A stretch of 64,000 nucleotides of DNA from the NCBI RefSeq assembly GCF_006345805.1, contig NC_042997.1, forward strand, positions 150,784,001 through 150,848,000, in the 5' to 3' direction. Below are positions 17,733-29,705 of this stretch, piece by piece. Position numbers and translations under genes: made by a program. Source of the stretch: Octopus sinensis. Taxonomy: Eukaryota. How positions within the stretch are numbered: the stretch's first letter is position 1; each line of letters opens with the position of its first letter. The notes beneath the pieces were generated by a model, which was not told where the DNA came from, made no database searches, and saw nothing but the letters and a program-made list of their open reading frames with translations.

Positions 17733-17800
17733 CATTAATAGCTGACGAGAATGTATCGTTGCTCATCACTGCTGCATTCGAAACTGCGAGTAGTATAATG
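17733..17800 (+). ncRNA. Type I hammerhead ribozyme with intact catalytic core
   Basis: cattaatag-CTGACGA(17742-48)-gaatg/cattc helix II-GAAA(17780-83)-helix III Act/agT with GCG loop-GUA cleavage triplet (17790-92)-gtataatg. Confidence 0.75.
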
Positions 17801-17908
17801 ACAACAGTTTATTATTTGATCTAATTTATAACATATATAATCTTCTATTTCACTAATAACGTGGTATCATACTTTTGTTGTTATATACTATTATTATTAT
17901 TATTGTTG

Positions 17909-17940
<32 letters not shown>

Positions 17941-18019
17941 GGTGGTGGTGGTGGTAGTGGTGGTGTTGTTATAATCATTATTGTTATTATTATTATGTGA
18001 TATATGTAATGTTGCAGGA

Positions 18020-18171
18020 GTGGCTATGGGGCAAGTAGCTGGCTTCCCAACCACATAGTTCCGAGTTCAGTCCCACTAAGTGGCATATTGGGAAAGAGTC
18101 TTCTACTATAGCCTCGAACCGACCAAAGCCTTGTGAGCGGATATCGTGGACAGAAACTGAAAGGATCGTAT

Positions 18172-18230
<59 letters not shown>

Positions 18231-18478
18231 ATATATATGTATGTATGTATGAATATATGTATGCAATTTGTGTCTGAGATTCTCACCCCAACCTTGCTTG
18301 ACAACAGAAGTTGGTGTCTTACGTCCCCATAACATAACAGCTCGGGAAAAGAAGCCCACAGAATAAGTACTACGCTTACAGAGAATAAGTCCTGGGCTCA
18401 ATTTGTTCGACTAAAGGTGGTGCTCCAGCATGGACGCAGTCAAAAGACTGAAACAATTAAAAGAATAAAGGAATCTAA
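18020..18478 (+). mobile_element. Complete bipartite SINE family 2 copy with internal (TA)n
   Basis: tRNA-like head (ccaaccacatagttccgagttcagtcccact), body, (TA)n 18170-18260, then 3' half ending gactgaaacaattaaaagaataaag. Confidence 0.8.
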
Positions 18479-19171
18479 ATCTAAATTGCTAATCGTTTAT
18501 TTCTACAGTAACGGAGAAACTTTTCAAGGTCAAAAGTGATTTGACACGGGCAGGCATATCCGTGTATATGCGCATATATAAGGACACGTAACGTATGCTA
18601 ACATCCTTCCCTATAATATATAACGCCACCTTGATAAGTAAGTGTGTGAAGTATTCGCAAGTGGGAAGTAAGTTGTAATCGAGGATGTTACTTTCCCTCT
18701 TCTCAAGTTTCATCATGTAAACTACACGATTTGATCTTATTCAAGCAGTGATTTGTAGATTATAACTGTTTTATGGATACGGTCTTTAGTAGAATATGTA
18801 ACAATTAGTGAGCTTTTCGAATCTTAAGAGTGGAACGACTCATGGATATAACACCTCACACCATTAATTCCGAAATTCTTATTTCTAATAACAATGAGAG
18901 CAATATTGGCATAATACTTTTTCTGGAGATCGAGAAAAAGAACTAGTCTAACGTGGTGTATTGGTTAACTATTGGGAATTGAGAAGGATAGGCAATCACA
19001 CGAATAAATATTAATTTGTATGAATTGAGCAGCCATGCCTCCATGAACAACTGCAAGCTGTTGTGAACTACTTTTGCCCCAGCTTCAGGGAACATTGGCA
19101 GATGCATGCTCAATTCAGCCCTGTGAAATTATACTGTAAATAAGTCCAATGTCGCACTCTTTTGCAGAAAA

Positions 19172-19356
19172 TTTTTGGCGAGCAGGGCAGTCGATTAGAT
19201 CGACCCCAGTACGCAACCGGTACTTAATTTAACGACCTCGAAAGGATTAAAAGCAAAGTCAACCTCGGCGGAATTTGAACTCATAACGTAAAGAGGCACT
19301 AAATATCGCTAAAAATTTCGCCCGACGTACTAACGTTTCTGTCAGCTCACCGTCTT
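19172..19356 (-). mobile_element. tRNA-derived SINE, family 1
   Basis: Reverse complement aligns with 22043-22279. Confidence 0.85.
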
Positions 19357-19546
19357 CTGCGCAAAAACATTGGGCATAAATATACACACCCTCTAGTATA
19401 CTTCAATGAAAGTCTAAACTAATTCTCATATACGGACATACGCACAACTATACATACATGCATACATATATATATATGTATATATAGATACATATATATA
19501 TATATATATATATGTATTTATATATGTATATATATTGGCCAGCGGG

Positions 19547-19652
19547 CTGGCGTCATTCAAAAGGCTAAAACAATGCGAACGCATTGTGACCAGCGATGTG
19601 TAGCAACATCTGATGATCTGGTGGGTCACGTGATCACGTGATATATATATAT
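19547..19652 (+). repeat. Short interspersed repeat fragment (probable SINE 3' end) ending in tandem CACGTG, between (TA)n tracts
   Basis: GC-richer 105-bp island in (TA)n; family assignment from recall only. Confidence 0.35.
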
Positions 19653-19669
19653 ATATATGCGTGCGTATA

Positions 19670-19738
<69 letters not shown>

Positions 19739-19951
19739 TATATATATACATATATATCGAAGGCAATCACAAAGCTAATTGGGACGCATTACTTAGCATA
19801 TAGGTGATTCTGGCATGCGTGACGAAGGCTTCCTCAGACTTGCTAGCCTCAGTTGGAGCTTCTCTCTCTCTCTCTCTTTCTCTCTCCCACTCTCTCTCTC
19901 TCTCTCTCTCTCTACTTAACTATATATCTATCTATTCCTGTGTATAATCGA

Positions 19952-20005
19952 TGTACCTGATAGGACCCAGACTGATGGGTTGAAACATATGCTGTTCACA
20001 ATAAA
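19952..20005 (+). ncRNA. Decayed PLE-type hammerhead motif followed by AATAAA
   Basis: tgtac-CTGATag-gaccc/gggtt-GAAA-catatg-ct-gttca-c-aataaa; core positions 8-9 and the helix III closing base are altered. Confidence 0.4.
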
Positions 20006-20031
20006 GTTTTAATACCGAATATATCTCCTGC

Positions 20032-20066
<35 letters not shown>

Positions 20067-21520
20067 GCACATAGCACTGTATACTTGCACAAATACATCA
20101 ATATTTCAGTCAATCGATTATTTCTCAGCAAACATTCTACTGATCCTGCTGTATTTAATTTTTAAACTAGGGCACCTATTTTTCTTAGAAGCACTTCTGC
20201 TTCGTTTCCTTCGCAACCACTTGAAAATACTGGTTTTTTATTAATAGAACTTCCATGACAAACCACAAGAAGTAACTGCTGGCATCTCTTCAAGTCTTAA
20301 ACAAAAACACTAGTGAATGAAATTCTAATAATCTTCCATTAAATATGAATGAATGAATTGTATTTTTGCTGTTTTTTATGTGTTTATTTTCGTGGCTGAT
20401 ATTTAATGTTGGCAATTCTGGTAGAATAGTAATAATTTTGCTGTCTTCTTTGTTTGGTCTCAGAGCAGCTCTTATAATTACTTGTATGAACGAAAATTAT
20501 TTCAGCTTTGGCCATCTCATCATATTTAGCGTATCTAGACAGAAATCAAGTTCGCCCGCTTTTTTAAGACAGCGGTATATAATTGAAGATGTGGTAGATA
20601 CATCTAGGAAGTAGGGCAGCCATATAGAATTTTGTCGCATTTACTCAGCTCTATCTATACTGAATTATAATAATTTTTTTCCAACCATGACCATCGCATT
20701 CATTTTGGAACATTCTATATCCAAAGCTAGTCAAAACTACATTATCCAGTCAGCTTCCTTTTTTTAAGAGTGCAGTGTATTAGTGTGGGCAAACTTCCCG
20801 CCACCCCTTGCAGGTCGAACGATCACGCCCAGGCGCTATTGTTGGTTTCATTAGAGTTAGTTGCCTTACTGTTAGTAATTCTGGTTGATTTAAAGCTTAC
20901 TACAATATGAAATTTGTTATTCATAGTTATATTGTTTTAGTTGTTACAGATTCTATTTGCTTTAAGGTTTATTATGACGATATGAAATTTATTTCGTAAT
21001 TATTATTATTAGTTATATTATTGCTCGTTGGTATGATACGGCTATTTGCGTGGTTGTGATCGTTTTAATGAAGATGTAATGAGAGTTGCAATCTAATTGA
21101 CATCTTCGTTTTTGTTTAAATTATCGTGAGCATATTTAATGGAGTGACCATTAAATAACTAATTAAAAATAATTATGTAGTTAAGAAAACACAAATATTA
21201 TCACTAAATGACTAACATTTTAATTATTTTGGCAAATATGGAGAACTACCGAATTTTTCGGTATTTTTACGATCTCGCCGTAGAAGCATATGTTAGCATT
21301 CTTGCTGTAGAAAACATACAAGATTGTACACTGGTGGCGTAAAACATGTAGCAACGTTTTCAGGATCAGTCTTACTCTGAATCGTTGTTGTTATTATTTC
21401 CGACATAATTACCCCTGCTGTATTTATGTTAGATATTTTCATCTTAGTGTCATAATGATTACGCGAATTTAGTCGCAGTTTGAAATATTATAGTTGCTAC
21501 GGTAGTTCATATTGATAGTA

Positions 21521-21725
21521 GGTTTAAAATTTTGGCACAAGGCCAGCAATATGAGGGAGAGTTAAGTCGATTTCATCGACGCCAGTATTTATCGGCTGCT
21601 TACATTAGCGACTCTGAAAGTATGAAAGGTAAAGTAGAACACGACGGAATTGCAACTCAGACAATAAAGACGGGCGAAATGCCGCTGTGTTTGCTGGACA
21701 TGCTAAAGATTCTGCCAAAACGCCG
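21521..21725 (-). mobile_element. tRNA-derived SINE, family 1 (diverged)
   Basis: Reverse complement ggcagaatctttagcatgtccagc...ctgagttgcaattccgtcg...ctttacctttcat. Confidence 0.75.
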
Positions 21726-22042
21726 ATATTTTGATATTGATTGATAGGTACAGAGTTGCTCTGAAGTAGGACAATTATCAATGCCGTTACACCTGTAAGG
21801 AACCAGACTTTTATACTTATATATTCTATATTAAAGACATCAACTACTAGTGCCCGCCAATAGCTAAATATTATAATGAATTTTGCATGAAAATCTTTCT
21901 GGTAGAGTGATGTTGTTGAGACCTTATTAGCGATTCACAATTTGTTGCTTGTGATGGCACGATAGGAAATAATATGGAAAATACTGACAACATCAGTGAT
22001 GACGTCGACGTTGATTGTGGCAGTGGATGTCATGTTGTTATT

Positions 22043-22279
22043 AGTGGCAAGCTGGCAGAAACGTTAGCACGCCGGGCGAAATGCTTAGCGGTATTTCGTC
22101 TGCCGTTACGTTCTGAGTTCAAATTCCGCCGCGGTCAACTTTGCCTCTCATCCTTTCGGGGTCGATTAAATAAGTACCAGTTACGCACTGGGGTTGATAT
22201 AATCGACTTAATCCGTTTGGCTGTCCTTGTCTGTCCTCCCTGTATTTAGCCCCTTGTGGGCAGTAAAGAAACAGGTATT
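22043..22279 (+). mobile_element. tRNA-derived SINE, family 1 (best-preserved copy)
   Basis: gctggcagaaacgttagcacgccgggcgaaatgcttagcggtatttcg...gagttcaaattccgcc...taagtaccagttacgcactgggg. Confidence 0.9.
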
Positions 22280-22301
22280 GGTTGAGCTTTTATTGATATT
22301 C

Positions 22302-22474
22302 GTTGGTACTAGAAGTGTTTGTAGTTACATGTATGTGTTGATAGTGGTATTATTGGTTTGTATATTGTGCAGCCAATAGTACTTATGGTGTTGTTGCTAA
22401 TGCTGTTGCAGTTATAATGCTTCAGATGTATGTCACTTGTCTTTTTGAGGTCATAGGAAGACATTTATAGCAAC
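22302..22474 (+). repeat. 173-bp direct repeat, copy 1
   Basis: Matches 23521-23693 with about 11 differences. Confidence 0.9.
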
Positions 22475-23520
22475 CTGTCCTTTTTATTTTCATTACATGA
22501 TGTAACAATATCCCTGGAAATATTTCATTGTTTGGCAGTTCTACAACTATACTACGACTTGCCAATTATTTTGCTTTAAAAAAAAACATCACTCGCATAA
22601 ATGAGCATATTCAACATACGACATCACATAATATACGAGATGACATCCAACTGGGGGAGTGTTCATATTTTCAATTACGGAATATATTCTTGGTGCATTC
22701 ATGATGCAGCTATTATTTGTTGTTATTTAACCACAGGTCATAGCTTTTCAGTGTGCAAAGAACTACAAAACCATGTGGAGATTTTACTTTTAAGATGTGA
22801 TGTAAGTCTGAAATTTGCTGCTGATGAATGGCCACTGATACAACCACGTAGAGACGACACCCACTTTTGGCTCGATTTGTCCCATAATTTATTTTCAGAT
22901 AATCACCTAAAACTAAATAAATAATCGGACATATTTGTATATAGGTACGTTGGGGATGTTTGTGCATACGTATGTATATATGTATTCGTTGAAAACAGAT
23001 AAGAACACTAAATTGGTAGAAACAATAAAATTGTCAGAATAAATGGTTTCCAGTAATTCATTTTGTTACTCACCATTCACATCACGCCTGGCAAGAGTTT
23101 GTGTATCATACCTCGAAAATCGATGAAACAGCAACAATAAACCATATAAATGCTGTCGTTCAATAATGTCGAGGTTACAATTGGTGGTAGAAGAAGAATT
23201 AAAGTGGGTATTAAAGCATACACATTGGTACGTCAATTCACGCAAACATATACACATACACACACACACATATGTATATCATGTATACACACACATATGT
23301 ATATCATGCATAGCTGTAAATATATACCTGCGCAAATATTTAAATATATGCATATACATATTATATATTATATATATAACAGCTTATTTATAAATTCGTA
23401 CACACTTAAGTGTTTATGCATATGCATTTATAACATTACAGCATCAGAGTAACCATCAGACCATCATATGCTATTGTGCATCGCATATTAGAATATAAAT
23501 ATATATATATATATATATTT

Positions 23521-23693
23521 GTTGGTACTAGAAGTGTTCGTAGTTAAGTGTATGTGGTGATAGTGGTGATAGTGGTCTGTATGTTGTGCAGCCAATAGTA
23601 CTAATGGTGTTGTTGCTAATGCTGTTGCAGTTATAATGCTTCAGATGTATGTCACTTGTCTTTTTGAGTTCATAGGAAGACATTTATAGCAAC
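23521..23693 (+). repeat. 173-bp direct repeat, copy 2
   Basis: Matches 22302-22474. Confidence 0.9.
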
Positions 23694-23850
23694 GGCCGGA
23701 TCGGAGCCATCTCAAGATTAATCAGCCGAAATTGCGAGGATGATCCGATTCTTGACTGAAGATTGAAGGCTTCGAATGTCCCGTCCGTGTTTTTTGTAGT
23801 GTCTTCTAAATGTTTTACGTTCTTGTCCCAGTTTGTATTTTTCTACATAT

Positions 23851-23889
<39 letters not shown>

Positions 23890-23905
23890 TAATTTTCAAC
23901 CACTT

Positions 23906-23963
<58 letters not shown>

Positions 23964-24039
23964 GAAAAAACTGCGCAAAACTGGAGAGGACACTTCAGTG
24001 CTGCTGTAAAAACACGGGAGAAACACGGGAGGTAACAGT

Positions 24040-27000
24040 CACGATTGATAAGTCTATTCAGATTGGCGTAAAATATGGGCGCTACGGGTTACCTCTGACG
24101 GTGGGAGGGACTTCCGTGTCTTATTGGTTAGCTACTGCCCACCTCAAGCTGGGCAGCCCCCAGTTAATAAGGTGCTGACCCGCCACAAGCCGCCTGCTCC
24201 ATTGGGTGCTTGGAGCTAAGAGTACGACTCGGAAAGCGGCCTGCAACCTCTGCACCAGGCAAGCAACTAAAAGTCAAGAAAACACCAGTTCTGCGGTTGG
24301 CAACCTGGAATGTCAGGACCATGTGTCCTGGAATATCTGATGATCTTCTCAGGATTGAAGACACAAGGAAAACGGCCATCATTGACCGTGAACTAAAGAG
24401 GCTCAACATAGATATTGCTGGGCTGCAGGAGACAAGACTTCCCTCAAACGGCAAACTCAAAGAGCAGGACTTCACCTTCCTTTGGCAGGGAAGAGATCCA
24501 GAAGAACCTCGTCAACATGGCGTTGGCTTTGCAGTGAGAAACTCACTACCCTCCTCAATAGAACCACCATCGGGAGGCACTGAGCGTATCCTCTCACTGC
24601 GCCTCTCGACTTCTTCTGGCTCAGTACATCAACTCAGCATCTATGCTCCCACTCTCTACAGCTCAGAGGAGATCAAGGACCAGTTCTACAAAGATCTCAA
24701 CTGGGTCATAGAAAATATACCAACGACTGAAAATATCTACCTTCTAGGGGATTTTAACGCTCGCGTGGGATCTGACCATGATTCGTGGCCCATTTGTGTT
24801 GGACACTTTGGTATTGGCAACATGAATGACAATGGTCAGAGACTACTCGAATTCTGCACATACCACAACCTGTGCATCACAAACACATTCTTTACCAACA
24901 AGCCATCCCACAAGGCATCCTGGAGACATCCAAGATCTCACCACTGGCATCAGCTGGATCTCATCATTACACGGAGATCCTTTCTGAATTCTACTCTATT
25001 GACCCGCAGTTACCACAGCGCGGATTGTGACACAGACCACTCACTAATTAGAAGCAGGGTGAGGATTCTGCCTAAAAAAGTCCATCGCTCCAAGAAAGTG
25101 GGCCGACCACGCATCAACACCGCCAGAACCTCGGACCATACACTGCGAAAATGTTTTGCTGCTTCTATCAAGGTTGCCCTCAGTAGCTGCCCAACCTCCT
25201 CTGCTGAAAGTAGGTGGGACTATATCAGGGAAGCCTTGTATACGACATCATTGGATACTTTCGGCATGAGAGAAAGGCAAAACCCAGATTGGTTCAATGC
25301 TGGGCTCTCAGAGCTGGAGCCAGTTATCGAAGCAAAGCGTGCAGCTCTGGTGAAATACAAGAGTGACTCTTCTACAAAGTCACTCGAAGAACTCAGAAGG
25401 GCACGAAATAAAACCCAACTGACAGCCAGACGCTGTGCAAATAGGTATTGGCAGGAAATCTGTCAGAATATCCAGTCAGCTGCTGACAGGGGCGACACCC
25501 GTGGGATGTATGCCGGTTTGAAGAAGGCCCTCGGTCCATCCGCAACCAAGTCAGCCCCTCTGAAATCAACGACTGGAGATCTCATCAGGGATCAAGGCAA
25601 GCAAATGGATAGATGGGTGGAGCACTACCAGGATCTCTACTCACGGGAGACCACAGTGGCTGAGGCTGCAGTCGAGAGTGTCAAGATCTTGCCAGTCATG
25701 TGCGAACTTGACAGTCTGCCATCTATATCAGAGCTCACCAAAGCTGTTGACTCCCTAGCAAGAAATAAGGCTCCGGGAAAAGACGGCATCCCCTCAGAGA
25801 TCATCAAAGCCGGCAAAAACACCATCCTGCTTCGGCACCTTCATGAGCTTCTGTGTCAGTGCTGGGAAGAGGGTACAGTCCCTCAGGATATGCGGGATGC
25901 CAACATCATTACGCTTTACAAAAACAAAGGTGACCGTGGTGATTGTAACAACTACCGAGGTATATCCCTTCTAAGCACTGTTGGAAAGACCTTTGCCCGC
26001 GTTATCCTGGCCAGGCTACAACTACTTGCTTCTCGAATCTATCCGGAATCGCAGTGTGGCTTTAGAAGAAGCAGATCAACTATCGATATGATATTCTCCA
26101 TACGCCAACTTCAGGAGAAGTCCAGAGAGCAGAAAATGCCATTATATATAGCCTTCATTGATCCAACAAAGGCTTTTGACTTGGTAAGCAGAACAGGCCT
26201 CTTCCTCCTGCTCCAAAAAATCGGATGTCCACCAAAGCTGCTGAGGATCATCAAGTCTTTCCATGATGACATGCAAGGCACCATACAGCACAACGGTTCA
26301 ACATCAGCCGCCTTCCAAATAAAAAACAGGGTAAAGCAAGGCTGTGTCCTCGCTCCTACATTGTTTGGCATCTTCTTCTCACTCTTACTTTCACATGCCT
26401 TTCAGACATCAGATGATGGAGTTTTTCTGCACCGTAGAAGTGACGGGAAACTGTTCAATCTCTCGCGTCTGCGTGCCAAGATCAAAATCAGAAAAGTCCT
26501 GATCAAGGAGATGTTATTTGCTGATGATGCCGCTCTGGTAACACACACAGAAGAAGCCCTCCAAAGGCTTATTAACTGTTTTGAGCAAGCATGTAACGAC
26601 TTTGGCTTAGCTATCAGCCTTAAGAAGACCAACATCATGGGCCAGGCTACATCAGACATCCCAAACATACACATTGGAGACCACAGATTACAAGAGGTGG
26701 AGAAGTTTACCTATCTGGGCTCTACCGTCACCCACAACCTATCCCTTGACGCTGAGCTCAATATACGCATTGGCAAGGCAGCTGCTGCGATGGCCCAACT
26801 CTCCAAACGGGCTTGGGACAACAATAAGCTGACCAAGACCACGAAAATGAAGATCTACCAGGCATGTGTACTCAGCACTCTACTGTATGGAAGCGAGACC
26901 TGGACGCTATACACACGCCAAGAGCCTCGCCTAAACATCTTTCACCTGCGCTGCTTCCGAAAAATCCTCCGCATCAAATGGCAGAATCATATCCCCAACA

Positions 27001-27233
27001 AAGATGTCCTCAGGCAAGCAGGAATACCAAGCATGTTTGCACTCCTCACCCAAAGACGTATGAGATGGCTTGGGCATGTTAGCCGTATGAAAGATGGCAG
27101 AATCCCCAAGGACATAGTCTACGGAGAGCTTGCTAGGGGTACTAGGTCTGTGGGTAGACCGATCTTAGGTTACAGGGATGTTTGCAAAAGGGATATGAAG
27201 GCCTGCAACATCAATATTAGCGGTTGGGAATCG
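24040..27233 (+). mobile_element. RTE-clade LINE, near full length, 3' end missing
   Basis: Single APE+RT ORF, visibly GC-richer than the flanks, partial 5' UTR; no 3' tail or target-site duplication found. Confidence 0.93.
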
Positions 27234-27251
27234 ACATCAATATTAGCGTAA
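24210..27251 (+). CDS. LINE (RTE) apurinic endonuclease-reverse transcriptase polyprotein, 1013 aa open frame
   Basis: APE motifs ATWNVRT, LQETRL, IYAPT, LLGDFNARVG, LDLII, DTDHSLI; RT motifs APGKDGIP, NYRGISLLS, QCGFR, KAFDLV, KQGCVLAPTLF, LFADD, FTYLGS; the start shown is TTG, first ATG at 24321. Confidence 0.92.
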   Translation: MELRVRLGKRPATSAPGKQLKVKKTPVLRLATWNVRTMCPGISDDLLRIEDTRKTAIIDRELKRLNIDIAGLQETRLPSNGKLKEQDFTFLWQGRDPEEPRQHGVGFAVRNSLPSSIEPPSGGTERILSLRLSTSSGSVHQLSIYAPTLYSSEEIKDQFYKDLNWVIENIPTTENIYLLGDFNARVGSDHDSWPICVGHFGIGNMNDNGQRLLEFCTYHNLCITNTFFTNKPSHKASWRHPRSHHWHQLDLIITRRSFLNSTLLTRSYHSADCDTDHSLIRSRVRILPKKVHRSKKVGRPRINTARTSDHTLRKCFAASIKVALSSCPTSSAESRWDYIREALYTTSLDTFGMRERQNPDWFNAGLSELEPVIEAKRAALVKYKSDSSTKSLEELRRARNKTQLTARRCANRYWQEICQNIQSAADRGDTRGMYAGLKKALGPSATKSAPLKSTTGDLIRDQGKQMDRWVEHYQDLYSRETTVAEAAVESVKILPVMCELDSLPSISELTKAVDSLARNKAPGKDGIPSEIIKAGKNTILLRHLHELLCQCWEEGTVPQDMRDANIITLYKNKGDRGDCNNYRGISLLSTVGKTFARVILARLQLLASRIYPESQCGFRRSRSTIDMIFSIRQLQEKSREQKMPLYIAFIDPTKAFDLVSRTGLFLLLQKIGCPPKLLRIIKSFHDDMQGTIQHNGSTSAAFQIKNRVKQGCVLAPTLFGIFFSLLLSHAFQTSDDGVFLHRRSDGKLFNLSRLRAKIKIRKVLIKEMLFADDAALVTHTEEALQRLINCFEQACNDFGLAISLKKTNIMGQATSDIPNIHIGDHRLQEVEKFTYLGSTVTHNLSLDAELNIRIGKAAAAMAQLSKRAWDNNKLTKTTKMKIYQACVLSTLLYGSETWTLYTRQEPRLNIFHLRCFRKILRIKWQNHIPNKDVLRQAGIPSMFALLTQRRMRWLGHVSRMKDGRIPKDIVYGELARGTRSVGRPILGYRDVCKRDMKACNINISGWESTSILA

Positions 27252-27711
27252 TGGAATCGACGGCTTATATTTATTTGCTGCCGATAAATTTGGCGCGAGT
27301 GCGATGATTTGAAAATTTTAGGTCAGATATTACCTTGGCAGGGTCGGAAATGCCTCGTGAAAATATCTGTTCCGACTTGGGCTATTTCTTACTGAAGAAT
27401 CTGAGGGCCTATGGAAGATTGGCTTGATTTAATTTAATCAGGTTAGTTTACCATTAAACAGCAGATGAAACGGTGCATCGTATAAGAAATTACAGGGTAA
27501 ATGTTTTTTAAATTTTCTCCTGTTTACGGAATTGATTTTTATTTGCGGTTGAAGCTTTGGCTGTTATTTCTAGTGGGTGAATGGCCTATTATGGCCGTTC
27601 CTTGATTGTTGATGTTGAACTTAAAAATGGTCTATGACTATTTAATTTTTTCCCACTAGGCCGCTGGTGGCAAAAAAATTCTACAAAATTTTTTTTGCCA
27701 CCCTATATTGA

Positions 27712-27808
<97 letters not shown>

Positions 27809-28994
27809 GTTATTTACATACAAGGGCAAACATTGGTAATCTAATCTAATTAATTATTGGGAACCCTACAGTATCGAGATAAATAAAGCAGGGCATACTA
27901 TCAGCATTTCTAAATTACTGTTGTCTTTTAGTTTATGGGAGATATATTTACTAATCTTTGTTGAAGCAGTGAGAAAGGCTAAATCATGGCAGGTGGATTC
28001 CTTCTTCTACAGATGATACACTGAAAAGTATATACGTGATGTACCACAGTAAATACCCTTGACATCGTTTTAAAAAGCATATGGGTCGTGAAATTACCCC
28101 TCTCTAATCAATTATACGGTATAGATGAATGGGAATCCTGTAGGGCTGGTCACCTTCATTATGCCTATAGAATGCTGTCAGTTCCCTTGCATCGAAGGCA
28201 AACAAAAGAAACGTATAAATATATATTTTTATAAACAAGCGTTAATAAACACGTAAACGAGTCGTTTTTGTTTTTCCCGTGGGGAGATGATAAACTATTC
28301 AGTACCATTTTACACCGGCGAAAATAGCTTTATTAGCAATAAATTCGTGTAAATTGCCTTATGTCTCTAGGCTGACAGTTTTCCGCCCTCACACACATCT
28401 ATATGTTTCTGTGTATTTGCGTGTGTCTGTGTGTGTTATAACATATATTGTGTGTACAATTAGATGTACGACTGCTTAAATTAAAGAGTTCTACTTAAAT
28501 TACAATCATCCCGTCTACTTCCCTTATAGTGGGTTGACTACCAATGTACTTAGTAATATTACTCGTTAAGATATACAGAGGAAATGCAGGAGACATTACG
28601 AGAAACGCAACCTTATGCTCTTAGTTCCTGCGTACGCCTCACCATTGTGGTTGTTCGGAACTTTGTATTTGACATTCCAATTAAAACAGCAAGGAATTAT
28701 CAGGGACACACTCAGTGACATTTTGGTGCACAGATCTAATGTTTCTCTAATGTTACAGATATTACCTCTCTATAACGTAATGCAATAAATTTTCCCCCTG
28801 ATGATGCCTTGTGACTAAGCATCAATTTGTAAATGGAATAGCTAATATGCGTTTCCAAGGACCAACGCAGGTGAAAAGTACGTAGGGAAAATTAGTATAA
28901 ATTTGTGTTCATCGTAAGTTTTTTACTCACTCACACACATACATTCACACATAGATACACACGCACACACACACAAACTCTTCAAACAATGATC

Positions 28995-29705
28995 AAGGAG
29001 TGCAGAAATTCAAAGATGGTTCTATGCGAGTTGAAAATAATAGTAGAGGACATAAGCAAACGTATATTCACTCTCGTATAGTAAGCCTATTATTTGGCTG
29101 CATTATAGAACGTGGACGTATCAGTATAACGATACGAAGCTTTGTCCCATATGTAGGCAGAAAATGATATTGACAGTTTAATTTGAACATTTATTAGCAT
29201 TTCACCGGAGATCACTTAATTATTCTATCTCTCAAGAAAGAATAATAGCCTATAGATATTTCTATAAAAGATAAATTGGTATAAAACTAAATTGACTTGC
29301 ATAATTCGCATAAAAGCGAAGACATTGGCAATGTGAGTTAATTAATTAACATAGAAGTCCGATAAATATAGCTGAATGGGGAATTTAAGAATGTTTGTTT
29401 TAGTGAAAATTGAGAATTTAGTGAGACTAAGAATTACTATAAGGCATCTAGTAAGGAGGTTGATTGTAGTCTCGATGATGTCTTATAAAATAGATATGAA
29501 TAAATTGAAGTATCTAAGCTGTCTCCAATAACACACTTGGAGACAGTAAATTCAGTCAGATCAGGAAAATTCTCAACAGCAGTGACGAACAAATTAGTGA
29601 ATGCAAATAGGATAATACCGTACCCGAACGCGAACCACAATGAAGCAGAAATCGTAGCATAAGCCTGGCGCAATTTCATCAGTCCACCACCGTGGTCAGT
29701 ACCTT
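28995..29705 (+). mobile_element. Very old mariner transposase relic
   Basis: Scattered motifs GVQKFKDGSMRVEN (cf. W..KFK.G..S.ED), ETVNS, DNTVP (cf. DNARP), AW..FISPPPWS (cf. GW..LPHPPYSPDL) in the correct order. Confidence 0.35.

Noticed and set aside
23750-23790. CTGAAGA...CGAA motif
   Set aside because: No GAAA and no convincing helices
24040-24320. HDV-like ribozyme in the RTE 5' UTR
   Set aside because: I could not build a consistent P1/P2/P3/P1.1 pseudoknot, and the UTR looks truncated; an Infernal HDV search would settle it
24164-27082. Antisense and alternative-frame ORFs inside the LINE
   Set aside because: Expected shadows of a long GC-richer coding sequence
29437-29679. 80-aa minus-strand ORF resembling a TM/LRR exon
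   Set aside because: No clear family or splice sites; the opposite strand carries ordered mariner-like motifs, a simpler explanation (itself low confidence)
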